Shown here: positions 11,822 through 23,976 of the stretch, one piece after another | How positions within the stretch are numbered: the first letter of the stretch is position 1 | Layout: each line of letters begins with the position of its first letter | Assembly: GCF_001194135.2 (NCBI RefSeq) | Contig: NC_069002.1 | Span: 4,633,900-4,682,508, forward strand | Direction of reading: 5' to 3' | Length of the DNA: 48,609 nucleotides | DNA from: Octopus bimaculoides | Lineage: Eukaryota | Notes under the pieces: model-generated | The model's input: only the letters and a program-made list of their open reading frames with translations | Told to the model about the DNA's origin: nothing | The model's database searches: none | Position numbers and translations under genes: made by a program

Positions 11822-13569
11822 CTGAAGAAACGTTTTTTATAGGGAACGGAAACAATTTTTGGCATTTTTCCCTTGAATTTATGAATCTTTCAACAGATGA
11901 GAGGAAGAGGAGGAGGAGAAGAGGAGGAACGGTAGGAGGAATTGCTAACTGTTGATCGGTCGTTTACGTACACATGCATTCTCTCTATCTCTCTCTCTCT
12001 CACACACACACACGCACACATACACACACACATATATATTAATATTTAGCAGAAGTTAACAGAGTGAGTCAAGGTCCAAGTGTTTAAATATCAGTAAAAA
12101 TATACCTATACTCTTATTTTGAGTTCTATTTTTCCTATTTGCATATATATANNNNNNNNNNNNNNNNNNNNNNNNNNNNNNNNNNNNNNNNNNNNNNNNN
12201 NNNNNNNNNNNNNNNNNNNNNNNNNNNNNNNNNNNNNNNNNNNNNNNNNNNNNNNNNNNNNNNNNNNNNNNNNNNNNNNNNNNNNNNNNNNNNNNNNNNN
12301 NNNNNNNNNNNNNNNNNNNNNNNNNNNNNNNNNNNNNNNNNNNNNNNNNNNNNNNNNNNNNNNNNNNNNNNNNNNNNNNNNNNNNNNNNNNNNNNNNNNN
12401 NNNNNNNNNNNNNNNNNNNNNNNNNNNNNNNNNNNNNNNNNNNNNNNNNNNNNNNNNNNNNNNNNNNNNNNNNNNNNNNNNNNNNNNNNNNNNNNNNNNN
12501 NNNNNNNNNNNNNNNNNNNNNNNNNNNNNNNNNNNNNNNNNNNNNNNNNNNNNNNNNNNNNNNNNNNNNNNNNNNNNNNNNNNNNNNNNNNNNNNNNNNN
12601 NNNNNNNNNNNNNNNNNNNNNNNNNNNNNNNNNNNNNNNNNNNNNNNNNNNNNNNNNNNNNNNNNNNNNNNNNNNNNNNNNNNNNNNNNNNNNNNNNNNN
12701 NNNNNNNNNNNNNNNNNNNNNNNNNNNNNNNNNNNNNNNNNNNNNNNNNNNNNNNNNNNNNNNNNNNNNNNNNNNNNNNNNNNNNNNNNNNNNNNNNNNN
12801 NNNNNNNNNNNNNNNNNNNNNNNNNNNNNNNNNNNATATATATATATATATAGCGATCGTGAGTAAATCATAAATCCGAAAGAGAAGCACACTCTAAGTT
12901 ATAGAGCAATAGAGTAATTAGATAAAGAGAGCTACGGCCGGTCTATGGGGTTAGCCTGGGTATCATGTCCATAGAGCGCTTAGCTTTATAAGGTTTCTTC
13001 AGACTCTAATGGCCGTACACGCACACAGAAAACCGCGAATGCATTTGTTATACATCATGATCAGCTTTTCTCTTTCTACAGACATAAACGCTGATTCACA
13101 CACACATACACACACACACACGCACGAAACAGCGCCATGTATATACACACGCACACAGACGTAAATATTTATATAAGCATTTGTTTATAATATCATATAA
13201 GATTAGATATATACTCACACATCCGCGCAGATGTACACAGGAGCACACCTTACCTTATAGACAGACACCCTTATCAGCGATTTATCTCATTTTCCCTACT
13301 GGGACTACTTTTCTATTAGTTCAGGCTTTTGAAAAAACGATATTTCTTCCCTTTGTGCTACATACACGCGTGAATGTTCTTTAATTGTATTTACATACAT
13401 ACATACACGCACATATATTCAAGTATATCTACATACTCGTACGCATTCATACATGCACATGTATATACACACTCGCTCAAACAAAGACACACTCAGACAA
13501 AAAATTAATATTTCGAACGCAGTTCGAAAGATTGAGTATTTTACCGTTATAAGATGGGAAAAACTTCCA

Positions 13570-13643
13570 GGAGACAGCCACGGGACTCGAACCCGTAACC
13601 GTCAGATATCGGCTGAGTAGTCTACCATTAAGTTAAACGACCC
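13570..13643 (-). pseudogene. tRNA-like sequence (GAT in anticodon position); pseudogene or SINE head
   Basis: Box A-like TAACTTAATGG, anticodon arm TCAG-CCGATAT-CTGA, perfect T arm ACGGG-TTCGAGT-CCCGT; acceptor stem does not pair. Confidence 0.6.
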
Positions 13644-14215
13644 ACTGACAACAAACTCCGACAAATTAAATGCTAAATACTATAGCTTTTGGGATGCAAC
13701 AACATTTTGCAAACAAACTTTGGTATTTACATACGTTTAGAAACCGGGAAAATGAATGGTTGCGGAATAGGTCTGACCCCACCAACCACATTCCTGCGTT
13801 GAACCATTTACTTCGTCCGTCCCTTCCCCCCACATTTCATTAGGCATTTACATACCTAACATTTCGATTTGCTGATATATCCCAAGATTTTACCGTAATA
13901 ATTTCAAAGAAGACCTAATGATTTAAACCAATAACACCACCTAAAAGTGTGTTATTATTTTCAGCCTTGCACAGTGTACAGTCAACTGACCAAGCAAGAC
14001 CACTGTTCGGACTGCATTTTTCTCACGTACATTGACATAAGGCTCTACATACTCTCTCCATTCTCTCTCTCTCTTTCTCTATTTATCAATTTACCTACCT
14101 CTCTATCTGTATATCACTGTCTGTCTCTCTCTGTTGCCTTAGGATTTGCCACGTTCATACACGCTATCATCTCTTTCCTCCTTTCTTTCTCCCTCTTTCT
14201 CCACTTTCTACCCTC

Positions 14216-14263
<48 letters not shown>

Positions 14264-14853
14264 ATCTATTTATGTATTTATATCTCTTTTATTATCCATC
14301 TGACCATTTTTAATCTGATAAAGACGGAGCCAGAGAGAAACAAAGAGAGAAGAGAAGAAGGAGATACATTAAGGGAGAATAAGCCACAAATAGAGAAAAG
14401 AAACCAACAAACAAACAAACATCGAGAAGGTAAGAAAAGGAAGGTTAACGAAAAACTGAAAGGAGACGCACTTGTCGTCACATAAAATATGTGCGCAATG
14501 TGACAAGATAAATTAAAATATACAATTATTACAATTATGTACCTCCGACTAACACTCCTTTTAAACTTTCTATATTTCTATTTTCTCCCACTGCTACCCT
14601 TTTGAAAAATTTCTCTTTCGATTTCTTTTTCTTCTACTACTCCTCGTTTTCAACTTTCTTCGTTTCCTCAAGAGTTTCTTTTGGTTAGAATCAGATTTAG
14701 CTGCTATTTTCTTTTTTTTTTCTATTTAAAAAAAAAAATAATGTTTAAACAAAGTTTTCCCGTGACTTGTCGAATAATAATATACGTATGACTTCGTGGG
14801 AATTCGCATTGTAGTTTCTGAAATAATAAAAGACCAACATACGCACACGCACG

Positions 14854-14899
<46 letters not shown>

Positions 14900-14996
14900 T
14901 ACACAGACAGACAACCAGATAGAGAGAGAAAGAGGGATAGATAGATAGATAGATAGATAGATACATAGATAGATAGATAGATAGACAGATAGACAT

Positions 14997-15027
<31 letters not shown>

Positions 15028-15110
15028 TGGAGTAGCGTGTGTGTATGCGTATATGTACATGCATGCATATATACTGTGTGTGTACGTGAATGCATGTGTT
15101 GTGTGTGCGT

Positions 15111-15169
<59 letters not shown>

Positions 15170-16494
15170 NNNNNNNNNNNNNNNNNNNNNNNNNNNNNNN
15201 NNNNNNNNNNNNNNNNNNNNNNNNNNNNNNNNNNNNNNNNNNNNNNNNNNNNNNNNNNNNNNNNNNNNNNNNNNNNNNNNNNNNNNNNNNNNNNNNNNNN
15301 NNNNNNNNNNNNNNNNNNNNNNNNNNNNNNNNNNNNNNNNNNNNNNNNNNNNNNNNNNNNNNNNNNNNNNNNNNNNNNNNNNNNNNNNNNNNNNNNNNNN
15401 NNNNNNNNNNNNNNNNNNNNNNNNNNNNNNNNNNNNNNNNNNNNNNNNNNNNNNNNNNNNNNNNNNNNNNNNNNNNNNNNNNNNNNNNNNNNNNNNNNNN
15501 NNNNNNNNNNNNNNNNNNNNNNNNNNNNNNNNNNNNNNNNNNNNNNNNNNNNNNNNNNNNNNNNNNNNNNNNNNNNNNNNNNNNNNNNNNNNNNNNNNNN
15601 NNNNNNNNNNNNNNNNNNNNNNAGTTGTAGGAGCTGCGGCGATGGTGGTGGTGGAGAAGGCAGTGGTGGTGGAGAAGGCAGTGGTGGTGGTAGTGGCTGT
15701 GGTGAAAGGGATAAGTTTAAGAAAGGGTGAGAGAAAAAGGCATGAAAAGAAAGTAAGAGGACATGACGTGGAGAGAGAGAGAGAGAGAGAGAGAGACGAT
15801 ATAAGAAAAATAAAGAGAATAAAAAGAGAGACGAAGAGAGAGAGAGATGAGGTGGGCGAAAGAGAAAGGGAAATGAAAGTAAGAGAGGAAGAATGAGACC
15901 CAAAGACAAAGCGAGACCCTTTCTACGTATGTTACCAACCCTGAAGTGGTTTCAAATATTTGGCTACAGTTCTTTGGAGAAGCTGCTGCTGTTTGACACG
16001 AGGTCAAATGTCACCTAAAACCGAGGTCATTTGACCGTGACTGCGTGCTTGTTTTTAATTAGATTTTTTACTTATTTGGCCCCTTCTAAACCTTCTACTT
16101 CACACAAATAAACTGACCCTTTTTTTCATCTCATGTTGATTTTTTTTAAACTGATGTCTTTCATTTTTTTTTCTTTTTGTCTTACTTTGAAAAAAGGGTC
16201 AAAGTGTTTTTGTGTTTGTATGCATGCGCAGGTGTGAGAGAGGGAGAGAGAGAGAATGTATGAGAGAGTGTGAGTGAGAGAGAGGGAGAGTATGCGAGAG
16301 AGTATGTGTGTGATAGAGTGTGAGAGAGAGAGGCAGAGTATGTGAGAGAGTGTGTAGAGAGAGAGAGAGAGAATGTATGTGAGAGAGTGTGTGTGTGTGT
16401 GAGAGAGAGACAGAGAGAGAGTATGGGAGATAGTGTGTGTGTATAGAGTGTGTGTGAGAGAGAGTGTGTATGAGAGTGAGACTGTTCACTTCGG

Positions 16495-16575
16495 AGGAAT
16501 TTGAATTCAGAACGTGAAGACGGATGAAATACCGTTAAGCATTTTGCCCGGCATGCTAACGATTCTGCCTGCTTG
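16495..16575 (-). mobile_element. SINE A 5' fragment (other A fragments near 18300-18490, 20645-20740, 38360-38420, 46580-46700)
   Basis: ggaatttgaattcagaacgtgaagacggatgaaataccgttaagcattttgcccggcatgctaacgattctgcc is the reverse complement of the A head. Confidence 0.85.
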
Positions 16576-16700
16576 CCACCTGTTTCAAATTTAGGCACAA
16601 CGCCTGAAATTTGGAGAAGTGCTTTACATCGACACAATGCTCAGCTGTTACTTATTAAAATCATCACGATGTGTGTAAATAGATAGACAGACAGACAGGC

Positions 16701-16759
<59 letters not shown>

Positions 16760-16838
16760 AAGAAACTAACGTGCGGAAAGAGTACTCACTCCCTGTATAA
16801 CATAGACTAAATAACGATTAAAAACTGAGACTTTACAT

Positions 16839-17326
16839 CAGTGGTTCTCAGCCGGGGTGCACATGACCCTTGGGAGTCGAGGATCCATCACTGACGAGAC
16901 CAAAGAAGGTCGAAATCCCGTGACCTGGTGGTGCCAACGCTTTAGCGGGCAGGGATTTATCTCCCCTGCTAGTAATATAAATAAGAATGCATTTTGCACC
17001 AAAAGCCAACATGAGAGAGTCTCTCTCGTGGTAAATACCGCAGTATAGTTTGTTCTAACACGACATCCACGTTTAGGTGAGGATAAATATTACCTCCCGG
17101 TTTAAATACTACCTCTGTCGCTAGTATATATTTGTTGTTAAACTTTATGAGCTATAAAGTCTACAATACACAAAATATTTTAACAACTTTTTAAGCAATT
17201 CTTAGTAATATTTGACTATAACAAATATAATAGGATTTTTTAAAACACGAATGACTATAGACATCCATCCAAGTAAAATGGGTTTCAAAGGAGCCCATAG
17301 ACAAAAAAATAGTTGAAAAATCACTG
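16839..17326. mobile_element. Non-autonomous hAT (Charlie-like) element with perfect 8-bp TSD
   Basis: Ends cagtggttctca and ttgaaaaatcactg; CTTTACAT at 16831-16838 and 17327-17334. Confidence 0.9.
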
Positions 17327-17572
17327 CTTTACATAGTTTCTACTCCGAGTCATGCGTTTCCGCTATTCGCCACCTACCTACTTGTGTCATACACGAGACA
17401 TGTAGATAGATAGATAGATAGAAAGGGAGGCACTTATGTAGGTAGGTGTGCCGACTATATTGAGGAGGGAGACATTATGTATAGGAAAGACTTCTATAGC
17501 AGAGAATGCTTTATTGTGAGTGAATGGAGCTAAGAAGAATACAAATACACGCCTGATTAGACAGTGAGTTAC

Positions 17573-17620
17573 TGGTATTTCAGTACATTCGGTCCAAATA
17601 GTTTCATTGTGTCCTTAAAA
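17573..17620 (-). CDS. Candidate 48-nt exon, FKDTMKLFGPNVLKY, open only in phase 2
   Basis: Strong acceptor cttatttctttactttccag, donor CCA/gtaact; the other two frames have stops. Confidence 0.35.
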
Positions 17621-18048
17621 CTGGAAAGTAAAGAAATAAGTCAAGTTCATTGGTTTGATTTTCTTCGGTAGTTTTCGCCTGTTTCCGGACGTTTTCGAAC
17701 GCCTTTCCTTTTCATTCTATTTTTTTTTTAAATTATCTACGCCATTTTATTTTCTCTTTATTTTCCTTTCTCTCTTTCGCATGTTTGAAATAACAACAAC
17801 AACAACAACAACAATGAGAAATACAAAAATTTATGTGATCTTCGCTTACTTTATCACGATCTCTATCTTTCTATCTATTTTCTCTCGCTTAGCCTCTCTC
17901 TTCCCCTCTCTCTATCTCTCCCTTACTTTCTCCCTCTCTCTTACTTTCTCTCTCTTTCTTGGTCTTTCTCTTTTTTCTCTCGTTTAGCCTGTCTTTCTTT
18001 CTCTTTCTCACTATATCTGCCTTTTCTCTCTTTCTCTCGCACAGCTTT

Positions 18049-18088
<40 letters not shown>

Positions 18089-18594
18089 CCTTTATCAAGT
18101 AACGACGAGAGCTGGTATTGCATGCAAAGAAGTGACAACACAAACATATTACACAAAATTACATAAATAAATATGCATACACACAAACACACATACACGC
18201 ATGCATTACTACATAAAAAAAGATATACAAACGAAGGGAAAGACCGTTAACTTGCGCTAACAAGTTAACATCTTAACGCTAGGTGTCGTTGAAGTCGTTT
18301 TTCTCAGAATGCAAAGACGAGGAACAAATACTGAAAGACGTTCCGTCCGACTTTCTGACTGTTCCACCAATTTACTGTCTTTATTTTATCGACCCCAAAA
18401 GGATGAAAAGAAAAATTAATCTTGGTAAGGTTTGAACTCAGAGTGCAGAAGGTCAGGACAAATAACACGAGGTATTCTGATTCGCTTACGACTCTACTAA
18501 TTTATTAAATTCATTAAATCTATTTAATTAGTCACACATAGGAGAAGTTCCGTTGCTCTTTTAGAATAGAATGTGTCTTGAAGGTGTATCCGGG

Positions 18595-18740
18595 TGATGA
18601 GAAGCTTGCTTCCCAGCCACATGGTCCCGGGTTCAGTCCCATTGCGTGGAACCTCGGGCAAGTGTCTTCTATAATACCCTCGGGCCGATCAAAGCTTTGT
18701 GAGTGGATTTGGTAGGCGGAAACTGAAAGAAGTCCGTCAT
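18595..18740 (+). mobile_element. SINE family B
   Basis: gaagcttgcttcccagccacatggtcccgggttcagtccc..gaaactgaaagaagtccgtc. Confidence 0.88.
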
Positions 18741-19878
18741 GTCATATGTGTGTATGTGTTGGGCACAAACACAAAGGGGACACAGACGCTCACACACAAA
18801 CACACACGCACGCACATATGTATAATGTTTGCGCGACAGATAGATAGACAGACAGACAGACAGATAGGTTGTAAGAAAAATTTGCTTTCGCTCAAAGGTT
18901 ACGCTTTGCAAAGAAGCGAGTGCTCGCAGGTCCATAAATGTTTGTCTATGACTATCTTCGTATCCAGATGTATGTTGACTATGAATTTATGTGCGTATGT
19001 GTATGAGCATATGCTTGTGTGTGTNNNNNNNNNNNNNNNNNNNNNNNNNNNNNNNNNNNNNNNNNNNNNNNNNNNNNNNNNNNNNNNNNNNNNNNNNNNN
19101 NNNNNNNNNNNNNNNNNNNNNNNNNNNNNNNNNNNNNNNNNNNNNNNNNNNNNNNNNNNNNNNNNNNNNNNNNNNNNNNNNNNNNNNNNNNNNNNNNNNN
19201 NNNNNNNNNNNNNNNNNNNNNNNNNNNNNNNNNNNNNNNNNNNNNNNNNNNNNNNNNNNNNNNNNNNNNNNNNNNNNNNNNNNNNNNNNNNNNNNNNNNN
19301 NNNNNNNNNNNNNNNNNNNNNNNNNNNNNNNNNNNNNNNNNNNNNNNNNNNNNNNNNNNNNNNNNNNNNNNNNNNNNNNNNNNNNNNNNNNNNNNNNNNN
19401 NNNNNNNNNNNNNNNNNNNNNNNNNNNNNNNNNNNNNNNNNNNNNNNNNNNNNNNNNNNNNNNNNNNNNNNNNNNNNNNNNNNNNNNNNNNNNNNNNNNN
19501 NNNNNNNNNNNNNNNNNNNNNNNNNNNNNNNNNNNNNNNNNNNNNNNNNNNNNNNNNNNNNNNNNNNNNNNNNNNNNNNNNNNNNNNNNNNNNNNNNNNN
19601 NNNNNNNNNNNNNNNNNNNNNNNNNNNNNNNNNNNNNNNNNNNNNNNNNNNNNNNNNNNNNNNNNNNNNNNNNNNNNNNNNNNNNNNNNNNNNNNNNNNN
19701 NNNNNNNNNNNNNNNNNNNNNNNNNNNNNNNNNNNNNNNNNNNNNNNNNNNNNNNNNNNNNNNNNNNNNNNNNNNNNNNNNNNNNNNNNNNNNNNNNNNN
19801 NNNNNNNNNNNNNNNNNNNNNNNNNNNNNNNNNNNNNNNNNNNNNNNNNNNNNNNNNNNNNNNNNNNNNNNNNNNNNT

Positions 19879-19950
19879 GGATTTGCTCGATTAAAGGCGG
19901 TGCTCCAGCATGGCCGCAGTCAAATGAATGAAACAAGTAAAAGAATAAAA
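19879..19950 (+). mobile_element. Module C 3' end
   Basis: aaaggcggtgctccagcatggccgcagtcaaatgaatgaaacaagtaaaagaataaaag. Confidence 0.85.
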
Positions 19951-19962
19951 GAATATATATAC

Positions 19963-20105
19963 GACGGGCTTCTTCCAGTTTCCGTTTCCCAATTCCACTC
20001 ACAAAGCTGTAATCGGCCCGAGGCTATAGTAGAAGACACCTGCCCAAGGTGTCACGCAGTGGGACTAAACTCGGAACCATGTGGTTGGGAAGCCACTCCT
20101 GCGCC
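19963..20105 (-). mobile_element. SINE family B
   Basis: Reverse complement of the B head and body (acgacgggcttcttccagtt..gggactaaactcggaaccatgtggttgggaag). Confidence 0.87.
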
Positions 20106-20263
20106 TATATTCAACAATAAAATAAAAATAAAAATGAGACGTCTTTATACAAAACTGACAGATAGACAGAAATTTGATTATTTACGCGAAACTCTCTCAA
20201 ACAAATGTTTTAAATCCGTTTTTATACACCCGTCTAATTTGTTGTCTCGTTTTCTTTTCTTAC

Positions 20264-20386
20264 CGAAATGACTGGATGTCGGGTGTGAGAGAGGTAAAAT
20301 GAAATAACCTTAAATCCAACGCCACCCCGAGGCTCACCACCAACCGCCACCATAGAAATACTAAATACATCACTGAATAAACAGAC
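20264..20386 (-). CDS. Candidate internal exon, 123 nt, VCLFSDVFSISMVAVGGEPRGGVGFKVISFYLSHTRHPVIS in phase 0
   Basis: Acceptor atttttatttatag, donor TCG/gtaaga, length divisible by 3; phase-0 frame has G-rich first and T-rich third codon positions. A hydrophobic phase-2 frame is also open. Confidence 0.6.
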
Positions 20387-20591
20387 CTATAAATAAAAAT
20401 ACTTCTTTCTATTGTCCCGTTTTCTTAGTTGTAAAATGAAAAGCTTTCCTTCTATTTGTTAAACATACATAACCTCATGCGGTGACTTTCTCTCTATTCA
20501 ACAGGCTATATCTATATATTTAAGAGTAGATTAATCGTATTTGCAGTCACGGTAGATTATATAAGGACGATTATAATCATCATCATCATCA

Positions 20592-20644
<53 letters not shown>

Positions 20645-20934
20645 TGTGGCGAGCTGGCACAATCATTAACACGCCGGACGAAATGCTTAACGGTATTTCG
20701 TCTGTCCTCACGTTGTGAGTTCAAACGCCGCCGGGGTCAGTCGACAGCAGTTATTCAAGAGCAACGACTGAAAGAGTTTTAGTGAAACATCGATTCCAAT
20801 CGGGGCATATTTTTGCCGAATTGCTAACTTACAGAGCTGTAAACAAACCAACACTGGTCGTCAACCGTGACGCGGGAACAAATACGAACACAAAGGAACA
20901 TACACACGTATTTATATTCAGATTTATAATCATC

Positions 20935-21037
20935 AGTCCCACTGTGTGGCACCTTGGGCAAGTGTCTTCTACTATAGCCTCGGGCCGACCAAAGCCTTGT
21001 GAGTGGATTTGGTAGATGGAAACTAAAAGAAGCCCGT

Positions 21038-21071
<34 letters not shown>

Positions 21072-21280
21072 ATTTGTGTGTCAGTGTTTTTACTCCCCAC
21101 CATCGCTTGACAACAGATATTGGTGCGTTTACGTCCCTGTGACTTAGCAGTTCGGTAAAAGAGACCGAGAAAATAAGTACGAGGCTATCAAAGAATAAAT
21201 GCTGGGGTTGATTTGTTCGACTAAAGGCGGTGCTCCAGCATGACCGCAATCAAATGACTGAAACAAGTAAAAGAATAAAA
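20935..21280 (+). mobile_element. Composite SINE B body + microsatellite + module C
   Basis: B body to gaagcccgtcg, (TA)n linker, then ccccaccatcgcttgacaac..aaacaagtaaaagaataaaa. Confidence 0.88.
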
Positions 21281-21746
21281 TAAAAAGAATACATACATAC
21301 GCACACACACATACATACATATCCACACATACATACATACGCACACACTACATACATGCACACATACATTCATACATACATACATTTGCACGCACACACA
21401 ATACATACATACATACATACATACATGGTGTTTGCTTCAAATGATAACCGTCAGCCATTTAACCTGATTCTTCTTTACTTTCATCCTTGCATATTGCGCG
21501 GATGTGATTTTTCACGCCACGCATCCATCGCCATAGGACTTTTATAAGATACAAAACGGATCAAAAAAAAAAAAAGAAATGAGATGATAGCGAGACATCT
21601 GTACGTCGTTGGACTTCAAGTGACATAAGCTTGTACAACACATTTGCCGCTCTCTCGGTTCCCATAGTTGGTTCCAATGACAAACATTGCAAGATGGCTG
21701 GTCCTATTTTGACTGCAAGCTTTGCGTCAGAGCATCTTTCTCCTAG

Positions 21747-21827
21747 AAGAACTGCCTTTCCCACGGCTTCGTCGAAAATAAAAGGAACTTCCTCTACCCA
21801 TGGGAAAACTATTTAACCTATAGATGG
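21747..21827 (+). CDS. Candidate internal exon, 81 nt, KNCLSHGFVENKRNFLYPWENYLTYRW (phase 0-0)
   Basis: Acceptor gcatctttctcctag, donor TGG/gttaat; phase-compatible with 23308-23385. Confidence 0.45.
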
Positions 21828-22489
21828 GTTAATATATTTTCGATTTATCTTTCTTTCTGTTTCATACTGTCCGTATGTCCATTTTCTTTGCTCGTTCATT
21901 TTCGCGCGTCAGTCAACTGGCTTCAGTCGGTCTGTCTATCTGTCTATCTGTCTATTTGTCTGTCTCTGTCTCTCTCTTGCTCTCTGCCTCTGTATTCCTT
22001 CCTTCGCCCGTTTGCCTCTCATATTCTGTCAAAACGTTTGAAAATAAAGCTACAAATTATTGTATTATAGTATTTCACAGATATTTAGTATAATTCGACT
22101 GAGTTTGGTAGACACACACACACACACAGCGTCACTAAATTTCCTCCAGTCCTATCCCTTTATCGTCTGTCCCTTTTCCTCGTTTGTTACCTCCTCCTCC
22201 TACTACTACTACCTACTACTACTACTACTATTTTCAACCTCCGTACACTTTCATTTTATTCTTCACTTTCCATCCTCCCACTCCCACTCCCACTTCCCCG
22301 CACTCTACTTTCAACACGTTCCTCCACCTCTCCCTCTTCTGCTTTCACATTAGTCTACACTTCTCCCTGTTCCTTCGACCACTTCTCTCACCCCTCACCT
22401 CACTATTTTCATCCTATTCAGTTCAATCTCTTCCTCCTTTACCCTTCATCTTTGTGAGTCTCTCTGTATTCCATGAAGATGTGGATGGT

Positions 22490-22770
22490 CTAAAAAGTTT
22501 GGGATTGCTCCGAGAAATTTCCCCTCCGAGGCACAAGTCCGGGCAAGGTTGTTTACGGAAAACCAGCAGTCACCCATGTATACCAGCCTCCCCTCTCCTT
22601 ATCTAAGGGAAAGGTAAAGGCTGATACAGCTTAGCACCGGTGACGTCGCAACTCATTTCTACAGCTGAGCGAACTAAAGAAACGTGGAATAAATTCGGTC
22701 TGGAATCGAACTCACTACCGCGTGGTCGTGAGATCGACGCTCTAACCACTGAGCCACGCGCCTTCACTGA
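22490..22770 (-). mobile_element. tRNA-derived SINE family D
   Basis: Reverse complement starts gtgaaggcgcgtggctcagtggttagagcgtcg..gagttcgattcc (boxes A and B); body matches the plus copy at 47245-47545. Confidence 0.87.
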
Positions 22771-23119
22771 ATGAAAAAATGGCCGAACAAAGAAATACGT
22801 GGGATTATGGTAGTGGAGGTTGTGGTGGTGATAGTGGTGATGTGTTGACTGTGGTAATGGTGGTGGCGGTTGCGGTGGTGGAGATAGTGGCGGCCACAGT
22901 AAAGATGGTTGTGGTTGTGTTTGGGAATGTGGTTTCAGTGATGAAGATGAAGTTGACGGTGGTGATTGTGGTGGTGTGCTTGTGGTTGTTGTGTTTAGGA
23001 TGGTGATATAAGTAGTAATGACGTAGGTAATGGATGTTGTTGATGGCGGCGGTGGTGGTTGTCGTCTTGTAGTGGATGTAGTCGTGCTTGTTGGGGTGGT
23101 GGTGGTGGTGGTTGGGGTG

Positions 23120-23151
<32 letters not shown>

Positions 23152-23307
23152 GATGGTGGTAATGGTTGTAGTGGTAGTGGCGGTGGTGATGGTAGTCAGA
23201 GCGTTAGTGTTGTTGCTCTTGGTGGTGTTGGTGGTGGTGGTGGTGATGGTGGCGGTGAGCGCGACACACAATCCTACACAAGGATTGTTCCGATCTTCAT
23301 TATTTAG

Positions 23308-23385
23308 GCCTATCAAAGAGATACCAATGACCATCCTTTTGATGGTCAAATATGGCTGCGACGACATAGAGAGGTCAACATAAAG
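23308..23385 (+). CDS. Candidate internal exon, 78 nt, AYQRDTNDHPFDGQIWLRRHREVNIK (phase 0-0)
   Basis: Acceptor cttcattatttag, donor AAG/gtcagt; only one frame is open through the exon; unique island inside triplet repeats. Confidence 0.6.
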
Positions 23386-23807
23386 GTCAGTAGGCTGCAT
23401 TTCCCACCACCCACACTCCTCCGCCATCACCACGACTTCCGTTACCACCGCGTTCACTACCGCCGCCGCCGCCACAACAAATTCCGTTCTGTAAGAAAAC
23501 ATGTCGGAAAGGAATTGAGAGTAGGTGTTGAAGAGACACAAAATGGGATTCACAGACAGATGGGCAGACAGACAGGTATGCAGGCAGACACACAGACAGA
23601 TTAATGGACAGTGAATGCTATGGTCAAGAAACAGTGACCTGAAGAATAAGGGAGCAAAAGAATAGAGTGCGTGCGTGCGTAAGAGAGACTGAGAGATATC
23701 TGTGAGTGAGAGGTGGGTATGTACATATATGCATATATTTATATATTATTTATATTATATGATCGAACGCCACGCATCCTTTTCCAAGTAAGTTTTATCT
23801 CTCTCTC

Positions 23808-23849
<42 letters not shown>

Positions 23850-23941
23850 ATTTTTTTTTGTTCTGAAAGAGATAAGAAGCCAAGAGATAAAATGACCAAT
23901 TTTAGATACTTTTAGATTTTACTCACAATCTATTGGAATCT

Positions 23942-23976
<35 letters not shown>

